This document shows positions 1-12,930 of a stretch of DNA of 64,000 bases, in pieces. A model generated the notes under the pieces. The model was not told where the DNA came from and searched no databases. It saw nothing but the letters and a program-made list of their open reading frames with translations. The DNA is from the human T2T-CHM13v2.0 reference genome, Homo sapiens. Numbering within the stretch: position 1 is the stretch's first letter; every line of letters begins with the position of its first letter. Made by a program: the position numbers and the translations under genes. The DNA is taken from NCBI RefSeq assembly GCF_009914755.1, contig NC_060925.1. One strand, 5' to 3'.

Positions 1-610
1 TATGGCCAGCTGATCTTTGAAATATACGCCAAGAATACACAATAGAGAAAAGATTGTCTCTTCAACAGAAGATGTTAGAGAACTAGATATTCACATGCAA
101 AAGGATAAAATTGGACACTCATATCATACTACAAGTAAACCCAATATGAATTAAAGGCTTAAACATAAGATCTGAAATATAAAAAAATGGGGAAAAGATT
201 TATGACGTTTTTTTGCAATGATTATTGGATACAACACCAAGAGCACAGTCAACAAAACCAAAAATAAACAAACAAAACTACTTCAAATTTAAAAATTTCT
301 GCACAGCAGTGAAAACAATGAGTAGTGAAAACACAGCCTATGGAATGGGCCAAAGTATTTGCAAACCAGATAGCTGATAAGAGGTTAATCTTCAAAACAT
401 ATAAGCAACTCCTAAAACACAATAGTAACCCAACCAACCCAAATTAATAACTCAATTAAAAAAACAGTCAAAGGATCTGAAAATTTTCCAAGGAAGACAC
501 GCAAATAACCAAGAGGTATATAAGAAATGTTCAATGTTACTAATCATCAGATAGATGCAAAGCAAAACGACAATGACACATCATATCACACCTGTCTAGA
601 TGGCCACAAT
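1..610 (+). mobile_element. Old L1 (L1M-class) ORF2 3' fragment
   Basis: Colinear with L1 ORF2 3' region (cagctgatctttga...gtctcttcaac...aaacataagatctgaaa...atatttgcaaacca...aggttaatcttcaaaacatataag); runs off the window start. Confidence 0.8.
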
Positions 611-999
611 TATAGACTAGAGCAAGAGACTCAAGGCCAAAAGGATAGGAAATTTTTTTTCTCTGGCACTACCAGCAATAGTTTTTCTTACAAGGTAAAA
701 TTCCTTGCACAACCATTGGTGTGCAGTGATAGAGTTTACATCAAACTCAGCTGTGCAAACTGTTCTTTGTAGTTCTTCCTAATTCGTGGTAAAAGTTTCC
801 ACATTATACCAGTTCTGTGGAAGGTACTGTTCATGAGGAAGCCATGATACACTGAAGAAGCAGTTTTCAATTTATATTTTCCCCACCATAGACAATTCCT
901 TTTACATTAATTTTTGCTTGTATATTTTAATTGTATTGTGTGGAGGGTTTTATTCTTATCATTTTATTGAGGCTATTAATCATTTGGGATTGCATGTAT

Positions 1000-1530
1000 T
1001 TCAATTCTCATCTTTTAGTCTGTGACTATTATGGTGTCTTTTGACTCACAGAAGCTGTGTTTCATTTTTTAATTCATAGTTTTCTTAATGATATGTTTTA
1101 TGTCATGCTTTAAAAAGTCCTTCCTTCCCTAAAAGTCATAAATATATTCGCCTATATATTTTAAGTATTTGAAAAACTCTTTTTTTTGCATTTAGATCGT
1201 TAATACAAACAATTAATACTGGTGTGTGGAGAAGGAAGTTTATTTTCCATGTGGATAATCACTTGCTTCAATTAGTAAACTGTCTACTCATGCCCATTTA
1301 TCTGCAATGACAAATTTGTAATATACCAAGTTTCCATAAAAGCATATGTTAATTTCTAAGTTCCCCATTTCATTCTGTTAGTCCATTTATTACATCTGTT
1401 TCAATACTAGGTTGTGTTATTTTTCATAATACTCATAAGATGTTTTGAAATCTGGTAAGTCAGTATGCACACTTTTTCTTCTTCACAATTTTCTTGGATA
1501 TATTTGCCCTTGTGCTTTTTCACATAGACG
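1000..1530 (-). mobile_element. Highly diverged L1M ORF2 fragment
   Basis: T-rich antisense L1-like phrases (ttttccatgtggataatc, tataccaagtttcc, ttgaaatctggtaagtc, ttcttggatatatttgccc). Confidence 0.55.
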
Positions 1531-1586
1531 TATTTTGTCATGTGACTTATTTTATTATGGTTTTGTTTTCCATAATAAAAGCCTCT

Positions 1587-1748
1587 AACCAGGAGTGGTG
1601 GGCTTGCCTGTAGAACCAGCTGTTCAGGATGCTGAGGTGGGAGGATCTGGAGCTCAGGAATTTGAGTTCAAGGCTGCAGTGTGTGATGATTGTGCCACTG
1701 CACACCAGCTTGGGTGTCAGAGTGAGACCTTGTCTCTAAATAAATACA
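1587..1748 (+). mobile_element. Free right Alu monomer (FRAM/AluJ right arm)
   Basis: gtggtgggcttgcctgtag...gctgaggtgggaggatc...aggctgcagtg...gccactgcac...agagtgagaccttgtctc plus short A-rich tail. Confidence 0.8.
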
Positions 1749-1754
1749 TAGTCC

Positions 1755-1843
1755 TATCCATAGTCAAGGATAAGAGAATTATACAAAGGTGTATACACAA
1801 GGGACCAAGAGTCTTGAGGTCCAATGTAGAATCTGTTATTACA
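1755..1843 (-). mobile_element. MLT1-type MaLR LTR terminal fragment
   Basis: gaggtccaatgtagaatctgttattaca resembles the reverse complement of an MLT1 5' terminus; short and diverged. Confidence 0.35.
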
Positions 1844-1954
1844 ACATTCCTTGCTAAATTAATATTATCTTTTTTCAATTCTTCATTTCTCCTACTTTTA
1901 AATATATTTATGTTTATATTTATTACTCAATAATAAAAACTATAAGGCCATACC

Positions 1955-2842
1955 CTTAAAGTAAATCTTGAAATCAGACAATATAAATTCTTTAAATTTG
2001 TTATTTTTCAAATTTGTTTTGAACACTCTTTTTTTTGCATTTTCACATACATTTTGGCTGTGATTGACTATTTTTTATAGATATCTTGTATTCTCTGACT
2101 TTATTAAACATTATTTCTAGCATCTTTATAGTGGGATTATTAGGATTTTCTATGTACACAATCAAGTTGTCTGAGAATAAAGACAGCTTTTCATTTTCTT
2201 TTCCAATGTGCATGTCTTTTGTTCATTTTCCCATTTAGTAAATTGTTTAGGTTTTCCATTGTTGATTAGAAGAAGTGATGGTAGAAATCCTTCTCTTCTG
2301 CAAGATCATAGAGAAAAATAAAATTAGTTTTTCACCTGTAAAGAAGTTATTGGTACATTTTTGTAATCATCCTCTGCATCAGATTAAGGAATTTCCTTTC
2401 TAATCCTAGCTTCATGAGAGCTTTTAGCACAAATAATGCTGAATTTAGCCATATGTAATTTTCTGCATCTATTGGGAGGGATTATTATGTTTTTGTTTCC
2501 TTTCTTCTGCACATAAAATAAATTATAGTTTTACTTTTGAATGTTAAAGCAATCTAGCAGTCCTGTTATAAAATCCATTTCATCATGTTATATTGCCTTT
2601 TAATATATTATTGAATTATATTTGCTACATTTGTTAAAATATATTGCATTACTGCATCTGTTTGGGATGAATATTTGACTGTAGTTTTCTTATTTCTTGT
2701 TTGGTCATGTAACACTGTTTTCATCAAATGGCTTGGAAGTATTTATACCTTGGCAATTTCTTTAAACAGTTTGTATTAAATTGGTGTTGTTTTCTCTTTA
2801 AATCTTTGGTAAAATTTACCAGTGAAGTCATCTAGGCTTGGT
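1955..2842 (-). mobile_element. Old L1M ORF2 fragment
   Basis: Antisense L1 ORF2 phrases (taggattttctatgtacacaatcaagttgtctgagaataaagacag; ttttctgcatctattg; aatttaccagtgaagtcatctaggc). Confidence 0.7.
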
Positions 2843-3085
2843 AACAATACACTTAGAAACTGAAGTAGGTTTTCATTCAATTTTGCTGTATTGATTATAT
2901 TTGATTAGAGTAAATAATAATTTATTGCAGTTCCTTTTTGAGGATTCTAATATATTCAGACAAATGAAAGGGGTAGATTTTGTACTTTAGGGAGGCTATG
3001 ATTTTGTTGGACTTATAATCAATATTTTTGGGTTTAATCGCATAATCAATAATCACATTTTATGATTAAAAAATGAAATGATTAG

Positions 3086-3410
3086 GGATCAGATACCGTG
3101 TCTCAAGCCTTTAATCCCAGCATTTTTGGGAGGCCAAGGTGGGCGGATCACTTGAGTCCAGGAGTTTGAGACCAGCCTGGCCAACAGGGTGAAACACCCT
3201 CTCTACTAAAATACAAAATTAGCTGGGCATGTTGGTACACGCTTGCAATCCCAGATACTTGGGAGGCTGAGGCATGAGGATTGCATAAACCTGGCAGGGG
3301 AATATTGTGTTGAGCCAAGATCGTCCCACAGCACTCTAGCCTGGGCAAAAGAGCAAAATCTCCGTCTCAAAAAATAATAATAATAATAAAAAAAAAATTA
3401 AAAAATATAA
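3086..3410 (+). mobile_element. Alu (AluJ/old AluS), full length
   Basis: Dimeric Alu with ctactaaaatacaaaattagc linker, (TAA)n/A tail, degenerate TSD aaatgaaatgattagg / aaatgaaactattagg. Confidence 0.95.
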
Positions 3411-4387
3411 ATGAAACTATTAGGAAGATAACAGTTAGCAGAATATTGATAATTGAGGCTAAGTTTACAGGTAAAGGGATAACCAAAGTTTTAGAACTGA
3501 GAAAGCACAGAGAATATACAGATGAAAGAAAGTAAATATGTTTCTAGGAGTGATAAGTTCTTAAAGATTAGTGTTTCCTACATACAGTCAGATAACTGTG
3601 TATCACGTTAAATAAGCAACCATATTTTCATAACAACTGTATCAAAATTTAATTAATAGTTTTCTTTAATCAACTATTTTCTAATTACATAAATTGTATA
3701 AATATATTAAATTTATTTAACATGTACACATCGGTGTGTGTGTATGTGCATGTGTATGTGTGTGTATGAAAAGGTTTATCTGAACATAACCCAAAATTAT
3801 TGTACATATTACCAGTGCCATTACTCATGGCAGCTTGATGACACATTGTGAAATGCTAACAATGTTTATTAGTGAAAAACCTGAAGTGCATTATAGTGAC
3901 AATGTATACAACCTCAAATCCCATATTAAAGAACTATTTCTTATTTCAGCAATTGATGTGGATCCACCAAATTTTCTCTACGGCAGTTTGGCATAAACAG
4001 AAGTATGCTTTAGAATGATGGATCTTGAGAGGATAGATCAGAAGAATGACTGGATGGTGAGAATTCTGCCAGGCATGCTGGTAGGAAACTACTAAAAAAA
4101 CTTTTGTTCTTTTATGACACAGATTTAAGTTAATATGCTGATTATAATGTCAGTAAAAACTATTGGCTTAGATTTAGTTTTGTTTACTTCAAGACAAGAA
4201 ATTTAATAGTGAAATATATTGTTTCTATAGTACCCATGATAGATTTAACACATGACTTAAGGGAGAAAATGTGTTGTTAAAATAGATATTTTTATATTGA
4301 AAATCCTCAGAAAGTCAATTTTATGTGAATTTTCTTAAAGGCAAGAGGAAATGTGCCTGCTAAAATAATTAGCATTTTGTCAAGGAA

Positions 4388-4754
<367 letters not shown>

Positions 4755-4879
4755 TAGAACTATGGTTATATGTCATTTCTATAATTTTGAAAACTTAATA
4801 TAATAAAAATCTTTGTGATTTGAAAGACATGTACTTGAGTAAATAAGTTACGGTAAAAGGTAATTTAGCAAATGACTGG

Positions 4880-5600
4880 GAACAATTTTTAATACATATG
4901 CAACATCTATATAAAGAAACTAGAGACTTTTGCAGAGGATCTTGATTTGAATAATCACATTTTGGGATTTAAAAATGAAACTATTCTAAAGATGTCATTT
5001 ACTCTTAATTAAGATATAAATTTAATGAAATTCCAATAAGAATGCTAAGCAGAAATTTTTCTTGAAAGTGTAATAATTCATAGGAACATTTTATCCTAGG
5101 TATTTTGAGGCATTCTAAAGCAAAATTTGCATAATTAAAACCATGTGTTACTGGCAACATGACAAAGTACAAGTTTCAGTAATGAGGCAAAATTACATGT
5201 AATAATTTATTAAAGTAGCATGTAAAATCAGTAGAAATAAGTAAAATTTGCTGTATCTCATATTGATATAAGAGGTTAAGCTTTAGAGAGAGTATTGTAT
5301 TCATATATCATTTCATTAGTCAAAATAAATTTCAATAGAAAAAATGCTACACGTAAAAAATAAAACCATAATAGCACAAGACATTATATCAAGGTGAATA
5401 CCCTTGTAATGAAGGGCTCCATGCTTTATAAAGGCAGAAACAAAATAAAACAATGTGGATAAAAATGAATGTGACTGACAAAAAACTTACAAAATAAATA
5501 ATCAAACAGCAGACAAAAAACATAGGAAGAGTATCTGTGGCATACATCACAGGTAAGTCAAGAATAAAATTGATACATATTAAGGATAATAAACAATGGT
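4880..5600 (+). mobile_element. Very diverged L1M ORF2 remnant
   Basis: A-rich with L1 ORF2-like phrases (aaagatgtcattt, tataaatttaatgaaattccaataag, aattaaaaccatgtgttactggca). Confidence 0.4.
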
Positions 5601-5638
5601 TAAGAAGGAACATTTTTTGGTAAGAAAGTGCTGGCACA

Positions 5639-6019
<381 letters not shown>

Positions 6020-6056
6020 CTAATAATTAGAGATTATAATAACTATGTTACAATAT

Positions 6057-6128
6057 TGATATATATACACACACACATGTTTGTGTGTGTGTGGGTGTGT
6101 GCACGTGTGTATAGTTTGTGTGTACATA
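6057..6128. repeat. Imperfect (TA/CA/TG)n microsatellite
   Basis: Alternating purine-pyrimidine tract seen directly. Confidence 0.85.
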
Positions 6129-7396
6129 TGTCATGGGATCCTTGGGCACCTTTGTCTGGACAAGGAGAACATGGCGGTGCCCAGAAGCTTGGAGATGCCA
6201 GGAACCGCAGAACCCCAAAGAGGGTGTCACAGCCTTGGTGTAGGGAACTCTTATATCTGGGCACCCTGAAGGGCTGCAACTCTTTTCTTCTCATTGCTCA
6301 CAATGTGGCTAGCAGGAGTTGGGGGAATGTTTGAGCCCTGTTAGTGTTACAGTTCTTTAAATCCTGCCATTCCATGGTTCCCTACTTCTTTTCCCACATC
6401 CAGGAAGAATGAGGTATGCAAAGAACTGAAGGGTGAATAAGATGGAGAGGAGCTTCATTGAACAACAGAAAAGCTCTCAGTGGACCAGCAATGGGTAGCT
6501 CCTTTCCACAGGCAGTTCATCCCAACAAGTGTCCAGCTCTCAGGAGAGAGAAGGCCCACACTGGGTAGCTCCTCTCCACAGACAGATCATCTCAATGACT
6601 GTTCAACCCTCAGCAGAGAGGAAACCTGCAGTGGGTAGCTCCTTTCCACAGGCAGGTTGTCCTGATGTCTGTTTGAGACTGGCTGAGTCCAGGGATTTTA
6701 TGTGCTCAGAAGGGAGAAAGTATGTGATGATTGGTCCATGGGTGGCCATGGGTAGGCCTGAAAAAAGCACCCTAAGTTCTCACTCCAGGCCACAGACTCC
6801 AGCTGGAACTGGCAGCCTGGACCCCAGGCTTCAGGTTGTCCTTGGCTTAAAGGTGGGGCTTCACCTGGGACCTGCCCCTTTTTGTCCAGAGCCTGTCTGC
6901 CTCCTGCCACCATGAACATGGTGGCGCCCAATTGTTTGTTCTGAGGGGTACCTGCAGGGCTGCACCCAGCCACCCTCAGTGCCACCCACCCCTCCTGTGC
7001 TTGTCTGCACCCAAAGTCTGAATGGGGCTCAGGCAGCAGGGTGCTAGTGTGTCTGTGCTGCCCTGAGTGCATGCACAACTGGGTGGGTCGCAACAGCGCC
7101 CAGTTTCAGCCACAAATTTTCTCTGCACCGAGCAAGTGCCAGGAGCAAGGAGAGGCCAGGGAGTGGGAGCAGGCACTTTCAAGCCTGTCTGGCCAGGGGG
7201 AGGTTCCTGGGCCCCTGAGAGCACAGGGATGCCTAAGGCCAGAGTCGTGGCTGGGCAGCTGTAGCTGTGCCCAGGAGCACAGGGGTCCCACCCTGCCAAC
7301 TCAATAGGGAGCAGGACTCTTGCCTATTCTCAGCCCATGCAAGAATCTTCAGAGCATGCAGCCCCAGCTTCTCTTGATGGGCCACTGCCACCATCA
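6129..7396 (-). mobile_element. MER52-family ERV1 solo LTR
   Basis: Termini tgtcatgggatcc...ccaccatca; GC-rich interior with MER52 phrases (gaagcttggagatgccaggaaccgcaga, three tgggtagctcct repeats); 4-bp TSD cata/tata. Confidence 0.85.
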
Positions 7397-7406
7397 TATA
7401 CATATA

Positions 7407-7448
<42 letters not shown>

Positions 7449-7500
7449 AAGGGATATATATGTGTGGGTGTATGTGTATGTGTGTATACACACACACACG
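7397..7500. repeat. (TG)n/(TA)n/(CA)n compound microsatellite
   Basis: Long pure GT run at about 7410-7446 flanked by TA/CA repeats. Confidence 0.95.
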
Positions 7501-7501
7501 C

Positions 7502-10500
7502 TACCCAATACCTATTTTTAATCATCACCCCCTCCCACTTCCCTCCTTCTGAGACTCCAATATCTATTATGCCACTTTGTATGCCTCTACATACCCATAG
7601 CTTAGCTCTCCCTTATAAATGAGATATGTGGTAATTGATTTTCCATTTCTGAGTTAATTCACTTAGAAAAATGGCCTCCAGATCCATCCAAGTTACTGCG
7701 GTAGACATTATTTCATTCTTTTTTATGGCTGAGTAGTATACCATGGTGTATATATACCACATTTTCTTTATCAGGGAGTTATGGGCAGTTAGGTTTATTA
7801 TATATATTTGCAATGGTGAATTGTGCTTCAACAAACATATGCATGGAGGTGTCTTTTTGATACAGTTCCTTATATTCCTTTGAGTAGATATCCAGTAGTG
7901 GGATGGCTGGATTCAATGGCAGATCTACTTTTAGTTCTTTCAGAAATCTCCATACTGTTTTTCATAGAGGTGTACTTATTCACATTCACATCAACAGTGT
8001 TTAAGCATTCCCTTTTCGCCACATCCATGCCAACATCTATTGTTTTTTGACTTTTTAATAATAGCCATTCTGACTGGGATAAAGTGGTATCCCATTTAAG
8101 TTTTAATTTGCATGTTCCTATTGATTAGTGTTGTTGAGTATTTTTTCATATATTTGTTGGCTTTTTGTATATCTTCATTTCAGAAGTGTCTACTCATGTT
8201 ATTTGCTCAGTTTTGATGGGAATATTTTTTCTTGCTAATTTGTTTGAGGTCCTGTTACTTTCTTGACATTAGTCCTTTGCCAGATGCATAGTTTGCAAAT
8301 ACTTGCCCCCATTTTGTGAGTTGTGTGTTTATTCTGTTTATTATTTATTTCACTGTGCAGAAGCTTTTTAGTTTAATTAGGTCCCATTTATTTATTTTTG
8401 TTTCTGTTGCATTTGCTTTTGGGGTCTTAGTCATAAATATTTGGTAGGCCAAGGTACAGAAGAGTTTTTCCTAGGTTTTCTTCTAGAATTTATATGGTTT
8501 CAGGTCTCAGATTTAAGTCTTTAATCTATCTTGAGTTAATTTTTGTATATGGTAAGAGTTAGGGATCCAGTTTCATTCTTCTACATGCGGTTATCCAGTT
8601 TTCCCAGTATCACTTATTGAATAGAGTGTTCTTTCACCAATTTATTCTTTTGCATGCTTTGCCAAAGGTCACTTTATTGTATGTATTTGGAATTTATTTC
8701 TGGGTTCTCTATTCTTTTCCATTGCTCTATGTATCTACTTTTATGCCAGTACGATGCTGTTTTGGTAACTATAGCCTTCTAGTGTAATAAAGTTATGCAA
8801 TGTGATGCCTCCAGATTTGTTCATTTTGCTTAGGATTACTTTGGCTATTCATGCTCTTTTTAAATTCCAAATGAATTTTAGGATTTTTTTTCTCTAATAC
8901 TGTGAAAAATGATGTTGGTATTCTGATAGCAATTGCATTGAATCTGTAGATTGTTTTGGGCATGATGATCATTTTTATTATATTGATTCCAACAAATCAT
9001 GAGCATGGAATGTACTTGTATTTGTTTGTGTCATCTATGACTTCTTTCAGCAGTGTTTTGTGGTTCTCCTTGTAGAGATCTTTACCCTCCTTGGTTAAGA
9101 ATATTCTTAGTTTTTTTGTTTGTTTGTTTTTGCAGTTATTGTAAAAGGAATTGAGTTCTTGGTTCGATTCTCAGGTTGGTTGTTGGTGTATGGCAGTGCT
9201 ACTAATTTGTGTGCATTGATTTTGTAAGTGAGATTTTACAAAATTTATTTATAAAATCTGAGAGTCATTTGGAGGAGTCTTTAGGGTTTTCTAGAGATTT
9301 GATTGTATCATCAGCAAACAGAGATAGTTTAACCCCCTCTTTTCCCATTTGAATGCCCTTTATTTCTTTTTCTTGACTGATTGTTGTGCCTAGAACTTCC
9401 AATACTATGGTGAATAGGAGTAATAAAAGTGGGCAACCTTGTCTTGTTCCAGTTCTTCAAGGAAATGCTTTCACCTTTACCCATTCAGTATAATGTTGGC
9501 TGTGGGTTTGTCATAGATGGCTATTATTATTCTGTAGATGTTCCTTCTACACCTAGTTTTTTTTTTATCATAAAGGGATGCTGGATTCTATTGAATGCTT
9601 TTTCTGCACTATTGAAATGATCATATGGTTCTTTTTTAAAATTGTGTTTATGTGGTGAATCACATTTATTGACTCGTGTATGTTGAGCCATCCTTGCCTC
9701 CCTAGGATGAAATCCACTTGACCATGGTGAATTACAATTTTAATGTGCTGTTGGATTATATTTGCTGGTATTTTGTTGAGGATTTTTGCGTGTATACTCA
9801 TCAGGGATATTGGTCTCTACTTTCCACTTTTCTATGTCCTTTCCTGACTTTGGTGTCAAAGTGATACTGATTTCACAGCTATGTTAGGGAAGATTCCCTT
9901 TTTTTCAATCTTTTGGGATAATTTAATAGGATTAATACCATTAATTTTTGAAGGTCTGGTATAATTCAGCTGTGAATCTGCCTAGACCTGGGCTTTGGGT
10001 TTTTGGCAATTTTTAAATTACTGATTTGATCTCACTGTTTGTTTCTGCCTTGACCACAGTTTGTTACTGGTCTATTCTGGATTTCTAGCTTTTCCTGAGT
10101 TAAGCTAAGAGAAGTGTGTGTTTCCAGGAATTTATTCATTTCCTCTAGAGTTTTTAGTTTGCATGCATAAAAGTGTTCATAGTAGTTTCAAATGATCTTT
10201 TGTATTTCTGTGGTGTCAGAATGTCTCCATTTTCATTTTTAATTGAGCTTATTTGTATTTTTTCTCTTCCTTTCTTTGTTAATCTAGCTAATAGTCTATC
10301 ACATTTGTTCATGTTTTCAAAGAACCAACTTTTTGTTTCACTGATCTTTTGTATCTTTTTGTTTCAATTTCATTTAGTTTTCCTCTGATCCTTGTTATTT
10401 CTTTTCTTCAGCTAGCCTTGGGTTTGGTTTGTTCTTGTTTCTCTAGTTCCTTGAAATGTGACATTAGATTGTCAATGTGTGATCTTTCAGATGTTTTGAT

Positions 10501-11622
10501 GTAGGCATTTAGCACTATAAAGTTTCCTGTCAGCATTTTTTTGCTGTATTTCAGTGGTTTTGATAATTTGTGTCACTATTATCACTCATTTCAAAGAATT
10601 TTTACATTTCTATCTTGATTTTATTTTTAATTTAAAAGTCATTCAGGAGCAGAACGTTTAATATCCATGTGTTTGCAAAGTTTTGAGGGTTCATTTTTGG
10701 ATTTGATTTCTAGTTTTATTCCACTGTGGTCTGAGGGGATACTTGACATAATTTTGATTTTTTTTTAATGTATTGAGACTTTTCTGGGTTATCATATGGA
10801 ATGTTCCAAGTCATGATGATAAGAGTGTATATTTCAGAGCTGTTGGGTGTAATAATTGTGGGATAAATGTTCTGTAAATATATGTTAGGTCAATTTGTTC
10901 TAGAGTGCAGTTTAAGTCCATTGTTTCGTTGTCGACTTTCTCCCTCAATGATCCCTCTACTGCTGTCAGTGGAATGTTGGAATCCCCCACTACAATTGTG
11001 TAGCTGTCTCTCTTTTCTTAGGTCTAGTAGTAATTGATTTCTGAATCTGGAAGCTCCAGAGTTTGGTGAATATTTATTTAGTATTATAATGTTTTCTAGT
11101 TGATTTGGTCCTTTTATTTATCTAATGACCTTGTCTTTAATTTTTTTTTTTTTTACTGTTGTTGCTTTAATGTCTGTTTTATCTTATATAAGAATAGCTA
11201 CTCCTGCTCACATTTGGTTTCCATTTGTCTAGAATATCCTTTTCCCACCCCTTTACCATGAGTCTGTAAGAATCCTCACATGTTAGTTGAGTCTCTTAAA
11301 GACATCAGATATTTGGTTTGTAATTTTTTATTAATTCAGCCAATCTGTATATTTTAAGTGGAGCATTTAGATCATTTACATTCAATGTTAATATTGAGAT
11401 ATAAGTTATTATTTCAGTCATCATGTTGATTGTTATCTAGATACTTTGTTTTCTTCATTGTGTTGTTGTTTTATATGCTCTGTTTTATGCTTTCAAAAGT
11501 TCTATTGTGGTACATATCAACCTTTTGTTTCAAGATATAGAACTTATTTTTTTATTTCTTATAGGGCTGGTCTGGTACTAACAAATTCCCTCAGTATTTG
11601 CTTGTCTGCAAAATACTTTATT
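7502..11622 (-). mobile_element. L1PB-type LINE-1, about 4.1 kb (3'UTR, decayed ORF2, ORF1 C-terminus)
   Basis: L1PB-like 3'UTR (catacccatagcttagctctcc); ORF 9568-9801 ([17 protein letters not shown]...[14 protein letters not shown]) is L1 RT-region homology; ends in ORF1-like sequence at an Alu. Confidence 0.93.
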
Positions 11623-11866
11623 GGTCAGGAATGGTGGCTCACGCTTGTAATGCCAGCATTTTGGGAGGCTAAGGTGGGACTGTATTTTGGAATTTGAGAC
11701 CAGTCTGGGCAACATAGTGAAACTCATCTCTACTATAAATTCAAAAAAAAAAAAAAAAAAGAAAGAAAGAAAGAAAGAAAGAAAAATTGCCCAGCATGGT
11801 GGCAAGTACTTGTATTCCCAGCTAACTGAGAGGCTGAATTGAGAGGATTACTTGATCCTAGGAGAT
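11623..11866 (+). mobile_element. AluJ, 3'-truncated, with expanded A/(GAAA)n middle linker
   Basis: Left arm, A-run plus (GAAA)n, then partial right arm ending at gatcctaggaga; no tail or TSD. Confidence 0.9.
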
Positions 11867-12824
11867 ATTATACTTCAGAGATATTATAATTCAGCAACAG
11901 ACAGTGGTATCCTTTGGGAGTTGTTTTGATAGTGCTATGGTCTCCAGAATGGAGATCTGTCCCAAAGCCTATCTCATATATGCCCTCATGTCTGGAACAA
12001 AGAGGCGAGGACAGAGTCCAATTGATTTAACTGTAGTACAAAGACAGTTAATTTATCATTGTTTTATAAGAAAGCCCTCCTTCCGCTTTAAAGTTTTGTA
12101 ACCTGGCTGACCATACAGGAATGATAGGAGAAGGACTTGATTGGCATCAGGGGTGAATCAAGGCCTCAATTCAAAAGAGGAGAGAATCGTATATTTGCAG
12201 GAAAAAACAAACAAACAAACAAAAAAAACAAGGGCAAGAATGCTGCCTTTTGTTTCACTGTGGCAACTCCAGTTTTCCCAAAATATGTTTAGGCAGACTC
12301 AGATAGTGCCCTCAAGGTAACTGTGCTTTCTTACTTACATCTTCCTGGACTGTATACGCTTGTGAACCACAGAATTGCCCGAGAGTTATTTAGAAATAAT
12401 TAGAATTGAAATAAACATAAACTGAATATTGAAAGGCTTAGAACTGAGTGGGAAAATTAAAGCATAGAGGGGGCCTTGCCTGAGGAGGATTTCATATTCC
12501 CAAAGGACTTTGAGCTAAGGAGTCAGTGGCAAGTAGGGATAGTGGGTATTTAAATAGATTTCTTTATAAAGTCAGATATTTTAGGTAACCACCTCATTTA
12601 CTTACAAGGCTAGTCAAGATCACACTTACATGATGTAAAATCAGAAAAGAAATATGAAACTAAATTTTCGTAAATACTTCTATTTTAATTCTTATTCATC
12701 ATCTTTCCCTCTCTGTGAATCATATTTATTTGTTTTTGTTTTTCGTTAGCATTTTAATTCTTCCCTTCCTAAAGTGGTCTATGTTGAATTGAAAAGTGTG
12801 AGTGCTGAAAATACGTTGACTTTG

Positions 12825-12930
12825 AAAGTATTTCTAGCTCTACCACTAATGGGCTTTGTGATCTATACTAATAGCACTTAAACTTCCTAAGCATCAGTTT
12901 CATTACCTTTAAAATGAAAGAATTGTACTT
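12825..12930 (+). mobile_element. MIR core fragment
   Basis: ctagctctaccactaa...tgtgatc...cacttaaacttcctaagcatcagtttcattacctttaaaatg resembles the MIR core. Confidence 0.65.

Noticed and set aside
6529-7307. Several 100-130 aa ORFs on both strands
   Set aside because: All are inside the GC-rich MER52 LTR, with no recognisable domain.
11900-12600. Possible ERV-internal or exon-like sequence
   Set aside because: I could not match a family or find a convincing splice-site pair.
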